A stretch of 64,000 bases of DNA from Eledone cirrhosa (Eukaryota), in assembly GCA_964016885.1 (NCBI GenBank), contig OZ024743.1, forward strand, positions 191,332,001-191,396,000. The letters run 5' to 3'. The first letter of the stretch is position 1, and each line of letters begins with the position of its first letter. This document shows, in pieces, positions 25,066 to 40,411 of the stretch. The notes under the pieces are model-generated. The model made no database searches. It was not told where the DNA came from and saw only the letters and a list, made by a program, of their open reading frames with translations. Position numbers and translations under genes: made by a program.

Positions 25066-28000
25066 TTTCAAGATTTTTATCTCTCTTCCCTGACATTTAC
25101 TCATTCGCTACTGAAGTAAAATAAGCTATAGCTTTTTTAGATTTTGCAGAAGGTACATCTAAGGGAATGCTGTTTTACAAATACTACATTTATTTCATGT
25201 TGACTGGTTGTGCAGCATACCTTCAAATACAGTTTACTGCATATATCATCTATGAATTGTTGAGCTAGACAATATTATAAACAGACATAAGGAAAATCAT
25301 GTACGATCTTTGGCTAGGAGTGCATTTCTATTCGTATTTCAAATCTTCCACACATGTGACATACACGTGGTTTCTTTTACAGATATATAAACCTTGATTC
25401 TTGAATCTGAGATGTAATAACTGTAAGATAGCAGTTACCATTGTTCTTTATATCATTAGAATTGTATAAAATCTTTCTAATGAAGCCAGTATTTAAGATA
25501 TTCTAATGGAATATTTGATTGTGTGATTTTGTTCACCACTAATTAACATTTTGTTCACCACTAATTAACACATATATACGATAATGTTTCTTTGTTGTTT
25601 AGCTTCGCATCGCATGTGTTAAAGCATCTCCCATTTCTTTTAAATCAAGCATTAAGTCCGGAACTAATAACTTTATCAGTTACTACAGCTCATGAAAACA
25701 ATATATAAGGGCATGTATATAACCTATATGTATAATATGGATATGATAACTATATTTGATATGTGAACCGTTAAATATGTATTTCTGAAATTCCACTTTG
25801 CAGTATTATTTCATACACTATAACGATGTGTACAGTACTTAGCTGCATATCTTCGTAAATTCGTACATATTCGTACATATTTCTTGTGAAATATATTTAT
25901 TTCCTCCAATAATTCATAAAGCATCGATCAATCTATAAATTTAAAATTACAAACTCATTTCTAGGCACTTGCAAACCTTTCAAACGTATCTCTTGCCGTC
26001 TGGTAAGCAACAATAAAAAGACATTTTCTTTCGTTATTTCTTGCTAATTCTTTATGCCAAATCATTCAAATTTAGCTTTTTAATTCGTTGATTCTCTTAG
26101 TTGAATCATGATTGAAAACATAATACCAAAACTCCTCCTTTCCCTGCTGGGTAACTTACTGGGAAGAACATTGCTCATCGAAGTAATTACTTCCATATGA
26201 GTCGATTATTTTTTTCTTTAGAAGGATGAACAACTAGCGCGTCATTCGTTTCAGTAAATACTGCTGTAATACTCAGATAATTCACATTTATTTTGTTAGT
26301 AGTTACTTATATAAAAATGTGGATATCAGAATGCTACAGAGCTTGGATAACATTCTTCAATGTTGCAGAAGATATTGAATACATGAAAATATAAAATGAA
26401 CTAAAACAAAGCAGAACTAAGTTTTATACACACATACGCATATACTCAAATAAACATACACCTATACGTGAGTTCGTGTGTGCGCGTGTGTCTGCATGTG
26501 AGTGCATTTATGTAATGTCTCTTTATATGTATTGTTACTCGTGTAGATACAAGTCTAAGCTTATTCACGCATACAAACACTTATAATCACTTCAGCTGAT
26601 AATATTGAGTCTCAAAAGTACAAAACGCCAATAGAATTGATTTTTCAATACAGTGTTTATTGGAAAAACAGCGGACTGTTAATGAAAATATTTCAAGTGA
26701 AATAATCTTTCTTTTTTTTTTTTTTCCTTTCTTTTTTCCCTCAAATGGCGCTTTTTTTTTTATGAATCACATACCGGTTTTGTGTAAGACGTTCAACAGA
26801 AAACATTATCTAAAAACCTGAAATTCATGTCTATTAAAAGCGCCAAATATCTGACGATGCTTCACTGGACTAATACAGTGAAGACATTCAAAGATCGACA
26901 ATAATACGTGATCTATTCCATAAAGAGAAACAAATATTTTCTATAAAAATGCAACCTTTATCACTTTATTCCACCTATCGTTTGATCCACGTCAGATCAA
27001 TTGACATTACATTCTATAACGCTAAAAGATAGAGTCTTCCTCAGATAAAATAGATTTTTATTGACCGACTGTGATACTCTAGAAAATTTTGAATCAATAT
27101 TTACTTTACACCAAATACAAATCTAAACTATGTCCTAATCCAAACACAAATTGTCAGTAACATAAAAGGTTAAAAAAGAAGATGAAATTGTTATGAATCC
27201 CACAGAGTCCATAAGAGTGGTATTTATTTTTCTCCTCTGTAGTGAGGGCATCGGTGTACCACAAATAACCAGCTTAGAATATCTGGCAATAGCTACTACG
27301 TGGCAACTTAAGTTTGTTCTTTGATGTGTAGGAATCTTTGTATCGCGAATAATTAGTATTGAATCGTTGGCTACAATTCACAACAGCTAGATAAAGCAAT
27401 TTCCATCAGATTACTTCCCACCTTCTTGAAAATGGAGGGGTAAAGGATGTAGTTCCAAATAGACAATGTAGTTCCTAATGATTTGTGAATCTGCTATATT
27501 TCTGTTGTTGATTATCATCGTTGGTTGTAATGTATATTTTCTTGTTTATTTTGTTGTTTTAGTTTTTGTTCTTTTGTTTTTGTTTTTGCTATTAAGAAGG
27601 TATATTTGCTGTATTATGCTATAATTCTCTATTTGTTGTCATGGCTTTTAGTAACTGGTGTAGTTTTGAAGTTATTACTTATCTGTGCTTTTGAATTTGA
27701 AAGAAAGATATTGTCAAATCATCAGCGTATGAGTTTTTGAGTGTTTATGGGGTGTGTGATGTTTGTGAAGATACATGATATAAAGAGCGAGTGAGCAACA
27801 GATATTTTTCCATATGAGTATTTTAGAAAGGTAAATGTTTTTGTTGATCTGTGAGGTATTTCCCTATTGATATTCCAGAGTCTGGTAGAAGGAAGGCTCA
27901 AGGAAGGCCATATTTTACGTTTTAATTACATATCGTGTGCTTCTTGGTGACCGCATTCTGAAAGATGTTTCATAAGAGCATTTCCTCGCTTTTGGAATGC

Positions 28001-29549
28001 TATCTAAAGTCTGTCATTTCTAGTTACAATAATCAGAATAGTAGAGCATCAGATCTTAAGGTTTTTATTGTCGCTTTTCTTTGGTTAAAGTTCAAATTGC
28101 CCTGAAAGTGACGTTTCGTTTCGTAAATCCGGAGTCAGTAATATAAATGCCATTAATGTGTGAGATCAATGCATCTATCATTGTCCTGCTATACAGATAT
28201 CACCTCCCACCTAAAGTAAAACAAACTAAGATTGTATATAAGTGTAGTAAATAGAACATTGATTACTGTAAAGTAAAATGTAAGCATTCTAGTAAACCGA
28301 GATGGCAAAGACACTTTCAATATCCGTTCTGCATACCATTTTCTCAGCTTTCTTTTTTGCCTAATCGCGATGAAGTCGCTGCATTGCATAATAAAGTGTA
28401 AGTTATATAAATCTTAACATTATCTTTTGATTTAACATCGTTGAGACTTGTTAAATGAAATCTTTCTACACGTATTTTAACAAAGTGACAACTCATTTCC
28501 TATTCCATGTCTATGTAAATGGAGTTAAATGCGAGTTAAGGACGCGACTGACAAAAAACTGTGACTTTTAGGAAAATAAAAAAAACAAACATATCTCATT
28601 TATTTTAGCACTTAAATTTTTCTTCTTATTGAAATATATTTCACTAACACACAACAAGCCTAACTCCAATGCAATTTTATTTATTTATTAGCATTGTTAT
28701 ACGGCATATATTCATTCTATTGTATCACGTCAACTTTCATGTAACAGTTTCCTGTAAAATTCTTACAGGCCTTTATTCATGTGGCTGATTATATCGTTCT
28801 TCTTGGTAATTATATATTTTTTTATATATTATACAATGCTTATATGATAAGCAGCGGGATTTTTTGGACACGGCTACCTTGAAATAACCAATTAAGTTGG
28901 ATTATTATCAAGGTCTGTAAGTGTCATAATAAAGGCAAAATCACTTCTCTAATACTAAAGATCAGTTAACTACAAACTTGTTTTGTTTTAGGTAACGCTG
29001 TTAACCACCGATTTTAGGGGGTCGTAAAATGCAAAATAGATATATACAATTTTATCCAAAATAAGAAACTTTACAAATTTGAAAGAAGATTTCAAATTTC
29101 AATTAGAAACCAGATAACACACATTTCCGTAGTTTGTATTATTGACTTAGCTGCAGACCTGGATCAAACACAATTCAATGTTTGCCTTTTGGTTATTTTT
29201 ATGTAGTCAGACACATACTAATTTTATTCAAATAAACCATGTGGTCGATAGAAAGTCAACTCTCTCAATAATAGTCAGGGAGAGGTTCTGGGCGTCCATG
29301 TAAAGAGTTTCGTTATCTCTTCCAGACTCTAGAAGAGATAATAAATCTCTTCATTAATTATAAAATATACTTAAAGTTAAGATAAATAGTATTGAGTAGA
29401 TGAATATTGATTATTTAAAAAAATATTTTAAAATTAAGGTCCAATATTTAATTTATCTATTATACAATGTTAAACAAGTTAATTATTTCTTTGCGGCCCA
29501 GTAGCAAATGATCCACAGACCGTTGGTTGGGGACCTCTCTTCTAGAGAA

Positions 29550-30620
29550 CTTCTTGGACGTTTTCCGAAAGTCCTTCACTTGACAGTGATAATGAAGAGC
29601 TTTGCCTGATAGAGATAAAGTCTGCAGAAAAGATTGTGTGGCAGTCGCCAGCTACCGCATCTGTCCGGAATGTGCGTAGATACTTTTCCAGAATCCGTTC
29701 ATTTATTTCCTATTGGCTTATGATGAACAACAGTAATAACAAGTGGGATAGATCTGGCTGCCAGCCGAGCCTTCCATCGATAGTCTTCATCCCTTTAGTG
29801 GCTTTGAAGCATGAAGAGGGAGAGGAGGGGGCCGAAGAGAAGAAGAAGGAGGAGGTCCCTGTAAGTAATTTTTTATGAAAGGTGGAATTTATCACTAGAC
29901 TAGATTAGCCTGGCTAATTTAATTATGCCTTTGTAGTCTGGCGGAAAGAACAGGATGGTATTTGCCTTTGATGTGTTACAGTAATGCCGTCTTTTTAGTG
30001 TGGGATGCCCAAAATCTCCTTATATGGTTTCTGTCTCATTTTAGGTATTCTTTTAACTAAATATACATGGGCCCGATTATTGGAAGCTTAAGTTAGAAAA
30101 GCTCGGTTTAAAATGTCTAGAGGTTTAGCAAACTAGTTAAGTGGTAGTTGACAAATACGATCAACAAACGATGAGAACTCTTGGAGTAGGATTAATGAGG
30201 CGTGGCGACAAATTAGTGATAGAACACATTGCTTTAATTGTAACGCTAGTCAACAGATGTTTTTATTGAGAAAGGCATCATGACTGAGGTGCTAATGACA
30301 AAAATAGCGGTGACCGATTAGTGTTATACAAAAGAAGTTCGGTTGTCAGATCTAAGGACCGTGATCTTAAAACATAAGGAGCAAAAGTAGTTTAATGGTA
30401 GAAAGCAGAAGGCCTCAAACTGGTGGTGCACGCCAAAAAGTCCAGTAGCTCTATGGTTATAAATGAAGGCGATTTGAGCGTCTTCAAATGAGGATGAAGC
30501 TCGAAATAAATAAATAGGGCAGCAGACATCAACACATCCGCCATACTAATCAAACTTACTAGAGAATGGCCCCCAGATTTTTTGAAATCTTGAAATCTCG
30601 ACAAAGTAAAAATGCCGATG
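29550..30620 (-). mobile_element. Heavily degraded LINE relic (CR1/L2/Jockey-like, uncertain)
   Basis: GC-elevated, coding-like composition with only faint RT-like remnants; no intact motif. Confidence 0.3.
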
Positions 30621-31029
30621 GCTACAAGGAAATATTAGAAGTTAGAATTACAGCAATAATTTTTAAATGTTAGCTGGTTCTATTATACAAATATTTTTAA
30701 TTGTTAGTGTTAATATTTAAGATGAATGACAGAAATGACTGAGCAATTAATTGTATTTACATCACACTCTGTTCTCAGTTCAAATTCTCACCGAGTTTCA
30801 CTTTGTTTATCTGATTTCCTTGATCAATAACGAAATGAAAATGCCTGCTTCTAAAGTGGTAGTTATATGCCAAAACTAGAAATCATAATGTTATCGTATT
30901 AATAATTGCTAACAATTTCTTATTTGGCCGAGCATGACATTGATATCCATCGTTATTTATTTTCGGTTATCATATTCCTACGGCATATTTCACAGCACTA
31001 TCGTGAGTAGTTTGGCGTGCCTTACTTAT

Positions 31030-31260
31030 GTGCAGCGTTTTCGTTTAGTATTGTATTTTCTATTTTATTGACAATACTCTTCTCAGTATATATGCAGGCC
31101 TCAGTAGTACGATTTTGTTTGTTGTATAAATCTGTAAGATATGGAAGTTTGGTTGCGTATTTATCTACATGTTTTTTTTTTATAATTCCCAAGGCCCCTA
31201 TCATAATCATTATTTTTCACAACTTCAGAATTGGTTCTCCTTATAGATAATCAAGAAAGT
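31030..31260 (-). mobile_element. Degraded 3' fragment of an R4/Dong-type LINE
   Basis: IMIGALGIIKK..DKY..KLP resembles VVVGALGMIPK..DY..QIP at about 54100-54170. Confidence 0.55.
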
Positions 31261-32167
31261 TTATGAAAGTAGCGAAATATATATAACAGCTGCAATTATC
31301 GTTCTTATTTATTTGACATGTTTGATACTTATTTTATAATACAATTTCCCATCTATATTTTGCTAGAGGTAGAATTGTGAAGAAAAACAATTGTACTTGC
31401 CAAAGCTGTATGATACGATTACATGATATATCTCTAGTATGATATATGTTGTGCCTCAAATAATATACCAAAACAAAATGTTCTTTAGCGGATTATCTTC
31501 GCTTTCGAAAACATAACATTATTCTGTGTCCCCCACTCTTACTTTCCTTATTATTCTCGCACTCTCTCTCTCTTTCTCTCTCGCCCTTTTTATATCTCTC
31601 TCCCTATTTATCTAACTCTCTCCCTCTTTCTTTATCCCTTTCTCCCCACTCTCTCATTTTCTGTCCTTCTTCCCTGCGAAATAATTTCTCCTCTTTATTA
31701 CAGGTAGCCGAGAAAGATGGCAAAACACACATAGGAAGTCAACATCTCAAGTTAAGCATATACGTGTATGTAAGAGTGCAACTTGCCCAGTCCAGAATGT
31801 GTTGGTCTCCGAACGAAACTTACATAATGCCACATATATTGAGTTGTTTATTTCATGACGATAACACTTAACTACATACCTATTCCATCAATTTACAAAT
31901 AAATATTAGGGGTAGTTCAAAAGCTCTATAAAAGTGAAAGGGTTTTTACTGGCTTGAAGCGTGAAGTTTAAATAATTTTATGTCTACATTCGTAACAGGT
32001 ATGAATTCTTAGATCATACCTAACACATAAAAACTGAAATACGTTGGAGCTTTGTATACAAGCCTACAGATCCTAAGGTCGTTAACGTTGTGGAATAATT
32101 TCCCAGCAATAGTACCAGACGTCTTCAAGTTTTTGGTGGAAGTACTATAGTTATAGGTAAAATGGAT

Positions 32168-33124
32168 CAACCCGTACTTCCACCAAATACCTGAAGACGT
32201 TTGCGTGCAGAATGGTTTCGATGTCCTGCTCGCATCTTGGACAGGTCCTTTTTGGCAGGATCTCTGCCAGGGCGTCCGTGCCTGTAAATGTTGTCTCGAA
32301 CTGGTAGAGCTCCTCGGTAGCACTGCCAGGCCAGAGACCTCTGGAAGTTATACATAGTTCCTGGACGGAAAGTTCTCCAGAACAAACTGGTCAGTTCGTC
32401 CTCCTCGATGCCTAGAGTTTCCCCGAGAACGTTGTCGCACTTATCCTGCACTAATCCCCTATAGAATATCGAGGTGGAGTCTCCGCTGATTACCGTTTCC
32501 GCTTGGTAGAGGTCTGTGAGCGCATGAAGGCACTCGAGGTGCCAGGCGCCCAATTTCGGTCTTCGCTTGACCCAGGACTGCAGCTCTGTTAGCGAGACGA
32601 GTTGTGGAAGAGCTCGTCTCACAAACGACAGCCCCACTTCTTCGCCGGTCAGGAATATCTGGAGATGGCTAGCCTCAGCGCCTATTTGCGCATCATCAGC
32701 CACGGTATGCCCATCCCTCCGTTAGAAGGGTGTTGGTATTGATGGATCTCCTCACCAATGGAGCCTGTTTCTTCCAGAGGAACTTGAAAAGTAAGCGTTC
32801 CATTTTGGTGAGGTGTTCGCGGGGACAAGACATGACTGTCAAGCGGTAGTAGATGACGGACCCTATGTAAGTGTTCGCCACCTCCGCTCGACTTTTCAAG
32901 GAGAGTTTGCACTCAGCCCACTTCTGGGTGAGTGCAAACACCTTCGCCGTGACGTCGTTCCAGTTCTTGTCCACCTTAAGATCTGGACCAAACCGATCCT
33001 TCCGTTCCGCGTCCAACGACGTTGTCGGAAGGCATGGGTTTGCCTCTCCATGTGCTGAGTTGCAAACCGACCGTCTTGCTCCTGTCAACGTTTCGTATTT
33101 CTGTAATAGGTTGCCGATCACCCC

Positions 33125-33125
<1 letters not shown>
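32168..33125 (-). mobile_element. L1/Tx1-type ORF2 3' fragment
   Basis: FGPDL..KNW, AEVAN.YI.SVIYYRL, GGMGIPWLM and YNFQRSLAWQCYR match 60030-60760. Confidence 0.85.
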
Positions 33126-33198
<73 letters not shown>

Positions 33199-34037
33199 GA
33201 GAGACAGAGAGACAGAGAGTGAGAGAGATTTACATGTATCTATGTATGTATCTAAATATGTATATATGAATCTATTTATGTATACGTAATTATGTTCCCA
33301 TTTACAACCAAGTAAAATTAAATTTAAAAAATACCAACATTTTTGAAAATATTCTTTGAATATATTTTTTACACGTATTAAAATTTCTTAGAAGTTTTTC
33401 TTCTTCTTTTCCCTCCCAAGGAAATATCAAATTCTTAAAGAAAATAAAGATAATAAAATGTTGTTCGATGAATTTTGTCTGTAAACACTGAATAACAAAC
33501 GCTTTGATAATGTTTTAAATTCCTCACACTATTACATCGATATATTAGACAGAAGGATAAACCTTCATTGAAGTCTCCAGTGATTGTTTTGAAAAGGAAA
33601 ATTTATAGAGAATATCGGAATAAGAGGACCAGCTCTTCATTTCTATGTAATCTACCCAACTTGATAACAACAAAAGACGTAGTTTTGAATGGGATTGTAT
33701 AATGATAACAAGAAAAAGCTGCACTAACGTGAAATAATTTTGAAAAATAAATAAACATAAGAAGTAAAGAAATTCAAAAACATTATTATATCTTATATTT
33801 AACGAGTGTTAAAACTTTTACTGATATAAACTTTTAGTAATAACGCATTGGTTCTGTGGTAATTTGTTTAGATAAAAAACATTCAAAGATTTATTTTTTC
33901 TTGTTATTTCTGTGTGTTATATTGATTTGCTTAAAATACACTAACAAAAATAACACATTGATCATGCCAACGCTGTAACGTCGTTGTCGCTAAACCTACA
34001 ATAAATAGTAGCCAATTCTAAGACCGTATTAGAGTAC

Positions 34038-34200
34038 CAGGCGGCAAATTGGTAAAGTCGTTAGAACGACGGATAACATACTTTGCAGTATTCTTTCCAC
34101 TTCTTTACGCTCTCTGATATCAAATCCCCGAGATCAGTTTTACATTTCATCCTTTCGATGTTAATAAAAAGTAGAAATTTAGTACTCGAATCAATTCTAT
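34038..34200 (+). mobile_element. Diverged tRNA-derived SINE
   Basis: GGCGGCAAATTGG head, degenerate B box, TTTCATCCTTTCGATG core. Confidence 0.5.
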
Positions 34201-34589
34201 ATAACTTCTGCACTTCCACCTCCTCCCACTCTCTCTCCCCTTCTCTTTCTCTCTTCCTCTCTCTCTCTTTCCCTCCTTCGCTAGAAGCAATTGGCCATTG
34301 ACAGACCTGGGCTTGCTGGGATTAAATGACCAAGACATGTATGTCACTACGGGTATTACTACATACATACATAATGGCTGCCCCTTCGTTATCGAGTATG
34401 GCCATTGCACGATATAATATTATCAATAATTATCAATTAATGCTATCGTGAAATGACTGTGAGTGAAGATTTTTTTTTTAAGTGACGAAAGCGCTGAGCC
34501 AATCCCACTCTCTGAGCGACAGTAGCAATAACCCGAAAAGAAGAAAAGATCAACATTATCGGTAACTACTGAGTCACAGGTTTTATGTC

Positions 34590-34950
34590 GGAGTTATCAA
34601 AGTTTTCTGAGTTGCCTTCTCCTAGAAGAATGCCCTGACAAAGGCTAGGGGTCCTTCACTCCCAGTGGTTTAACCAAGCAATCGGTTATCCAACCCAATT
34701 ACTTCTATGTCCCCGCGCATATGTACACATATGTATAGATGTATATACATAGAAACGTGTATATACATATTTACACGTTTATGGATGGCCGAGTTCTTCC
34801 GCCTTTTGTCAGGTTTCGTTTTTTGTCCTGCAGGGTGTCCGAAATCACCCTCCTCACCTTGGTGTGGATGCCGGTTTAGTCGCCAACGACCCAACCATGC
34901 AACAGGTTGTACTGGGTTACATGTTACCAGGGGCACTCAAGAGTGACCCG
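34590..34950 (-). repeat. Second copy of the RTE-5'UTR-like repeat, interrupted at about 34680-34780
   Basis: Reverse-complement match to 2700-2960. Confidence 0.6.
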
Positions 34951-35435
34951 ACATACATACATACATACATACGTACGTACGTACTAATGTAGCATATTAT
35001 GTTTCGTAAGTACAACACTAGCTATGAAGGTATTTATGCCGTTGCTCTGTCTACTAAACATTACAATTAATTCTTGATCAAATCACACTATACCGTATTA
35101 GCAAGGAAGGCATGTGTCGTGGAGAAACATAAGAAGTTTATATCAGGAATTATTTTGACCAAGGCTGAATTAGAGCATAACAATAAGATCTAGCTACATC
35201 GTAATTATTCTTATCCACGTATTTACGGATAATTTACTTCTCTACATGGTGGAAATCAAACACATGGCCTTAAGATCATGAGCCAAACGCTTAACGATTA
35301 TACCACGACATGTAAATGCAAATATGAATCGAGTTATATATATGTGGGTGTGCGCCCGTGTGTGGGTGTACCGTCTCTTTTCTTGTTACATATATATATA
35401 TATATATTCACCGACACCTCAGTATTTTATATATT

Positions 35436-35468
<33 letters not shown>

Positions 35469-37110
35469 ATATATATATAAAATACTGAGGTGTCGGTAAA
35501 TAACCAACATATACTCAAAATATATATATATATATATATGCATATATACATGAATATTAATACAAACCTACGCTCACGTTAAACATCTACATTACATACA
35601 TTTGCGAGAGATTTATATATCGGCACGCACATGCCTACATTTATATTCCTAGAACATCACACGTTTTCCTATACACCTATACACTGTTAACGGCAATTTA
35701 GCGTTGTTTTGTCATTCGACTTCAATCGTTTGCAGTAAAACAAATAGGGAAATGTGAAAGAATTATATGAAATCATTTAATCCCAATATCAAATATCCTA
35801 CCTTAATGCTTACAACTAACATGATATTTTCAAAAAGAACAAACCTTTTCAATGCGTTGCTTCAATGGGAACAGATTCTGTGTTGTAACAGGAACCAATA
35901 TGTAGCCCTCTATATGTTTACCTAAACCATTTCAGCTTTATCAAAATAATGCTTTATATAAAAACAGCGTTACTTATCATTGCCATATTTGAAGTAGGAT
36001 GAAAATATTCCATGCATATTTTATGTTCTGTAATGCTTAGAGGGATTGGCTCAGCATATGGTTTTAGTTTTATTAGGTAATTTAATGTGACTCTGTATAA
36101 ACTTCAGTAAGAGATAGACGTAGAATTGTATCATCTATATTGGGGAAAGGAAACAAATATAAATGTTATTGAAGAACAAGAGAAAATGTGACAGAGCAAG
36201 ACTGAATTCTTAAGTTATTTGTTGAAAGATAGAAGATTAAAAGGTGCATTTATCATATATGCTGTGACTGAAGCGATCTACAATATGATCGCCTGTTAGC
36301 GAGGAGTATTGCCAATAGATCTTCGTACAAGATATTATGGAAGTTTATTCTTATGTCAAATCAAATGTGATATCCATGTTTGTGTCCAACGTTCTTCTGA
36401 ATATGATCGAAGAAAAAAATTAATTTTGAATTTGTATTTTCTTTCTTTTTTCGGTATGTTTATTGATTATTCGTTGAGGAAACAAAAGCGTTCAATATTG
36501 ATAATTTATTTGGACTTTTAGTTCTTCCCTGGGAAATATTATTATTCGATATTTTATGTTTTATAGAAATGGGGCATTGTAAAAAGAGCTTAGCAGTAGA
36601 GTTACAAAGTCTTTTAGTCGTTATTATCCCATATTTTTTGTATATTAAGGAGTACCTTCTTGAATACGTATCATATTATTTTAGCACGTCAGGTGAAGTT
36701 GAGGGGGATTTTGAATGCTATTTCTATCAGGTGGAGCGTATGCTTATATAGCCGCTTGCTGCATCATTTTTGAAAGAAAATATAGGGTCATATAGATGTA
36801 ACGAAAACTGTATATCTGTTTATGTACATTTGTATGGTTGTTTAGTTACAGAAATATTCAGATCGACAGGACCAATGATGACAGGCGTTTCAGCCAATCT
36901 ACTTGTTAAATACATTGTATTTTCTTACGAAGGTATCTTTTTAAGACTGTTGAGTGGCGTTTGTGGTTGATGTGACTGTTATTCATGTCAGATAGAACGA
37001 ACATTTAGCGACTCCTATTGTATATTATACGAGACACACATTTTTATAATACCCTATTGTCAAAAGAATATTACGAACCGTATTTCTAGAAACTGTATGT
37101 TCTGATATAC

Positions 37111-37210
<100 letters not shown>

Positions 37211-37538
37211 TACTAGGAAATACGCACATTCATATGTATATCGCTATTTCAGAGCAGCAATAAAATTTCTAATTCATGCTGGCCCGGCAACCACTTTGTA
37301 TGCAAAGCTCATAAATATAATTGTACTTCTGTTAAACAATCCAGCTTTCATAGATTCAGCAAAGGCGGAGGGATTTGTAGTCTTGATAACCACTAAGAAG
37401 TGAGAAACGGTTGCCGTCAATTACTTCCCTCTGCTATTGCTGAAGTTAAGTATTTGACGTCCATCACTACCTTAAAATTCATAGCAAAAGGCCTTCAAAA
37501 TGTTTTTAATAAACATACAATATATACATATGTGTGTA

Positions 37539-37614
<76 letters not shown>

Positions 37615-37836
37615 AGTGTGTGTTAGTGTGTGTGTGTGTGTGTGCTTTAGTGTATGTTAGTGTGTGTGTGTGTGTGTGTCAATTATATATTTTGTTTCGA
37701 GATGACATATTCTTAAATGAGTGACTTTTGCTACAGCTACAAGTTTCAATGTCTATACAAAATTCTGAGGTACAAATAAAAAGGAATTATTTCCACACTA
37801 AACGACGTATTAAATAGGCAGCACTTATAGAGTTAA

Positions 37837-37930
<94 letters not shown>

Positions 37931-38673
37931 CACACACAAACACACACACATACGCATGCACACGCACACATATACAAAAAGCACACGGAATTAAGTAAAG
38001 AAAAAAATAATGTGATTGCCCCTCCTAAGAGAAACATGAGAAATATGTGAGCACTAGTTCGAAACTAGATTAACGGATATAAATGATTCTTCTCCAAAAT
38101 TGTAGAACCACTCAAAGAATTGTGTCTTTACAACCAGCAAAGTGTCGCATTGCTTTTTTCTGATTATTGGAAAAAATCAATTATTTTTTCTCGCTTCTTA
38201 GACAAGCAGGTGCTTTCCTTCAGCATGCTGTCAGATATAGGTGGAATCAAACAAGAAAATAAATATTTCGCAACGAAACTCTTATATAAAATTGTCAAGT
38301 TTCAAAAATCAATTTGCCTATTGATTGCACTGTAACAAGGGCCTGTTTTTACATCATGTAATACGGTAATATTAAAACTTTTATAAATTTACAACATACA
38401 AAAACAATTTGCTTTTAAGATTTCTATGATATTCCTCTACAATGATATAGCTTTCCTGACTCTTTTTTTTTGTTTACTCCAACTAAAATAACGAAGATAA
38501 ATTTATCATTCTACATACAGCGATTATCCTAAACGTTGAGCATCCAATCGTTTTTCCTGGTTGATGCCTGTGTCAATCCTTATTTATGTTTAATCTACAT
38601 TTTTTACACTGTACACCTTGGATTTCCTCTCCGATCTTAATATATGACGTGATGTCATAATACTTCTCTTATA

Positions 38674-38722
<49 letters not shown>

Positions 38723-38799
38723 ACACACGTCTTCTTTCTCAATACTGATAGGCATATATATGTATATATATATATACGCATACGCATGCATAGATGTAA

Positions 38800-39535
38800 A
38801 TATATATAAATATGATGAGGAATTTAAGAAAATGCATCACCTAGAACATTTCATAAAGAATATTAACAAAACAAGAACCTTTGCAGGGGCAGTGAAACCA
38901 TCACACACAACACACCCAAACCACAGACACAATTCCCTCAACCTAAGACACACTCAAACAACTACAACAGAAGAAACACACATAATCACTACAATATTGA
39001 CAATCACAAAAAATATCTCCCAAATAATCAAACTACGAAACAACAAAGGACACCTCTGTAACACAAACCTTAGGAATTTTAGAAATCCATCCAGACGACA
39101 TGGAATTTCAAAAGAACCCCCACACAAAAGCAACTATAAAAGGTACCATAACCTACCCTACAATAATTTCCATAAGAAATCACCCAACACACCCACACAA
39201 AACAGACAAACAACCAAGTACTGTTGCAATCAAAGTAACACTCTTTTTTAGCACATGGGCAGAAATACCAGGACATATGAGGAACCGAAGGTATTCAACC
39301 TTTTAAAGGTGCCATTGACAAACACCCAAATAGATATTAAGGGACTGAAACTTACACCAACCCTACAAAAATCAAATTTCCCTGAAATTTAAAACGACTT
39401 CATTGAATTCTATCGATAATTTAAGGCAGCAGATTTTTTCTCCGACAGTAATAACAAAGACGAATCAGTAGTTAGAAATAAAAGTGATTTCTGCCCAAAG
39501 AAAAGAAGGAATAAAGCGTTAAACTCCTACCCATA
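38800..39535 (+). mobile_element. Degraded N-terminal region of a Penelope-like (Neptune-type) element
   Basis: Remnants KGLKLTPT..E..DFIEFYR..DFF and KSDFCP..RNKALNSY resemble the pre-RT region of Neptune PLEs; many stops. Confidence 0.4.
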
Positions 39536-40183
39536 ATATATGTATTAGTGCTCTATGTTCTTTGCATTTTAGTGTCAAAATTCCCTTGCGATGTTATGGT
39601 CAACGAGTCGAATTTTTTTTATGTAGCGATATAATTACATTGTATTTTAAGACTCCCGATTTTTCATTATATCGGTTGAGATGCTTCTTCATGGCCTGCA
39701 ACGGGGTATTTTTATCATCCCTCACTGCCTTCCACTGTCGGTGACTCTCACAGTTACTTCCAGCGATTCGCATTATCAACGCATGAGTTTCTGTCCTGAC
39801 TCAAAGTTAATTATGTTTACTTATGAGATGTCTAATTAATTAATAAGATCGTCTTACTGATGGATATTGGAATTTTAGGATTAATAATTATGTAGTTAAT
39901 TGCAGCGGTTGTTGTGATTTCGTTTTAACAAAAACAACAATGTTTAAGTATTTGGTACATCTATATTCTGCTAATTTAATGTAAGCAATATTTAAATGCC
40001 CTATTCATTATATATTTCATAAATATATATATATAATATATATTTCATAAATATATATATATATATATATTTCATAAATATATATATATATATATATGGA
40101 AAGTTATATTTAAATTGTTGTGTTACAACTAGTAAATATTTATAACTGATATAAAAGCACTCGACAAATATTTGGAGTATATT

Positions 40184-40411
40184 TACAATATTAAATAAAT
40201 GGAAACTATATTTATAAAACCATATTTATTTCATTATATATATTTCAGGGATAACATATTAACAATATGCTATGCCTTCCTCAGACAAAATACAATATAA
40301 ACAGTATTTTGTCTGAGGAAGGCATAGCATATTGTTAATATGTTATCCCTGAAATATATATAATGAAATAAATATGGTTTTATAAATATAGTTTCCATTT
40401 ATTTAATATTG

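Noticed and set aside
31690-31780. Possible host exon (pyrimidine tract, TTACAG acceptor, downstream GTAAG)
   Set aside because: No recognisable protein in any frame; cannot be supported without RNA-seq. The same applies to splice-like signals near 14740-14780, 18230 and 46005.
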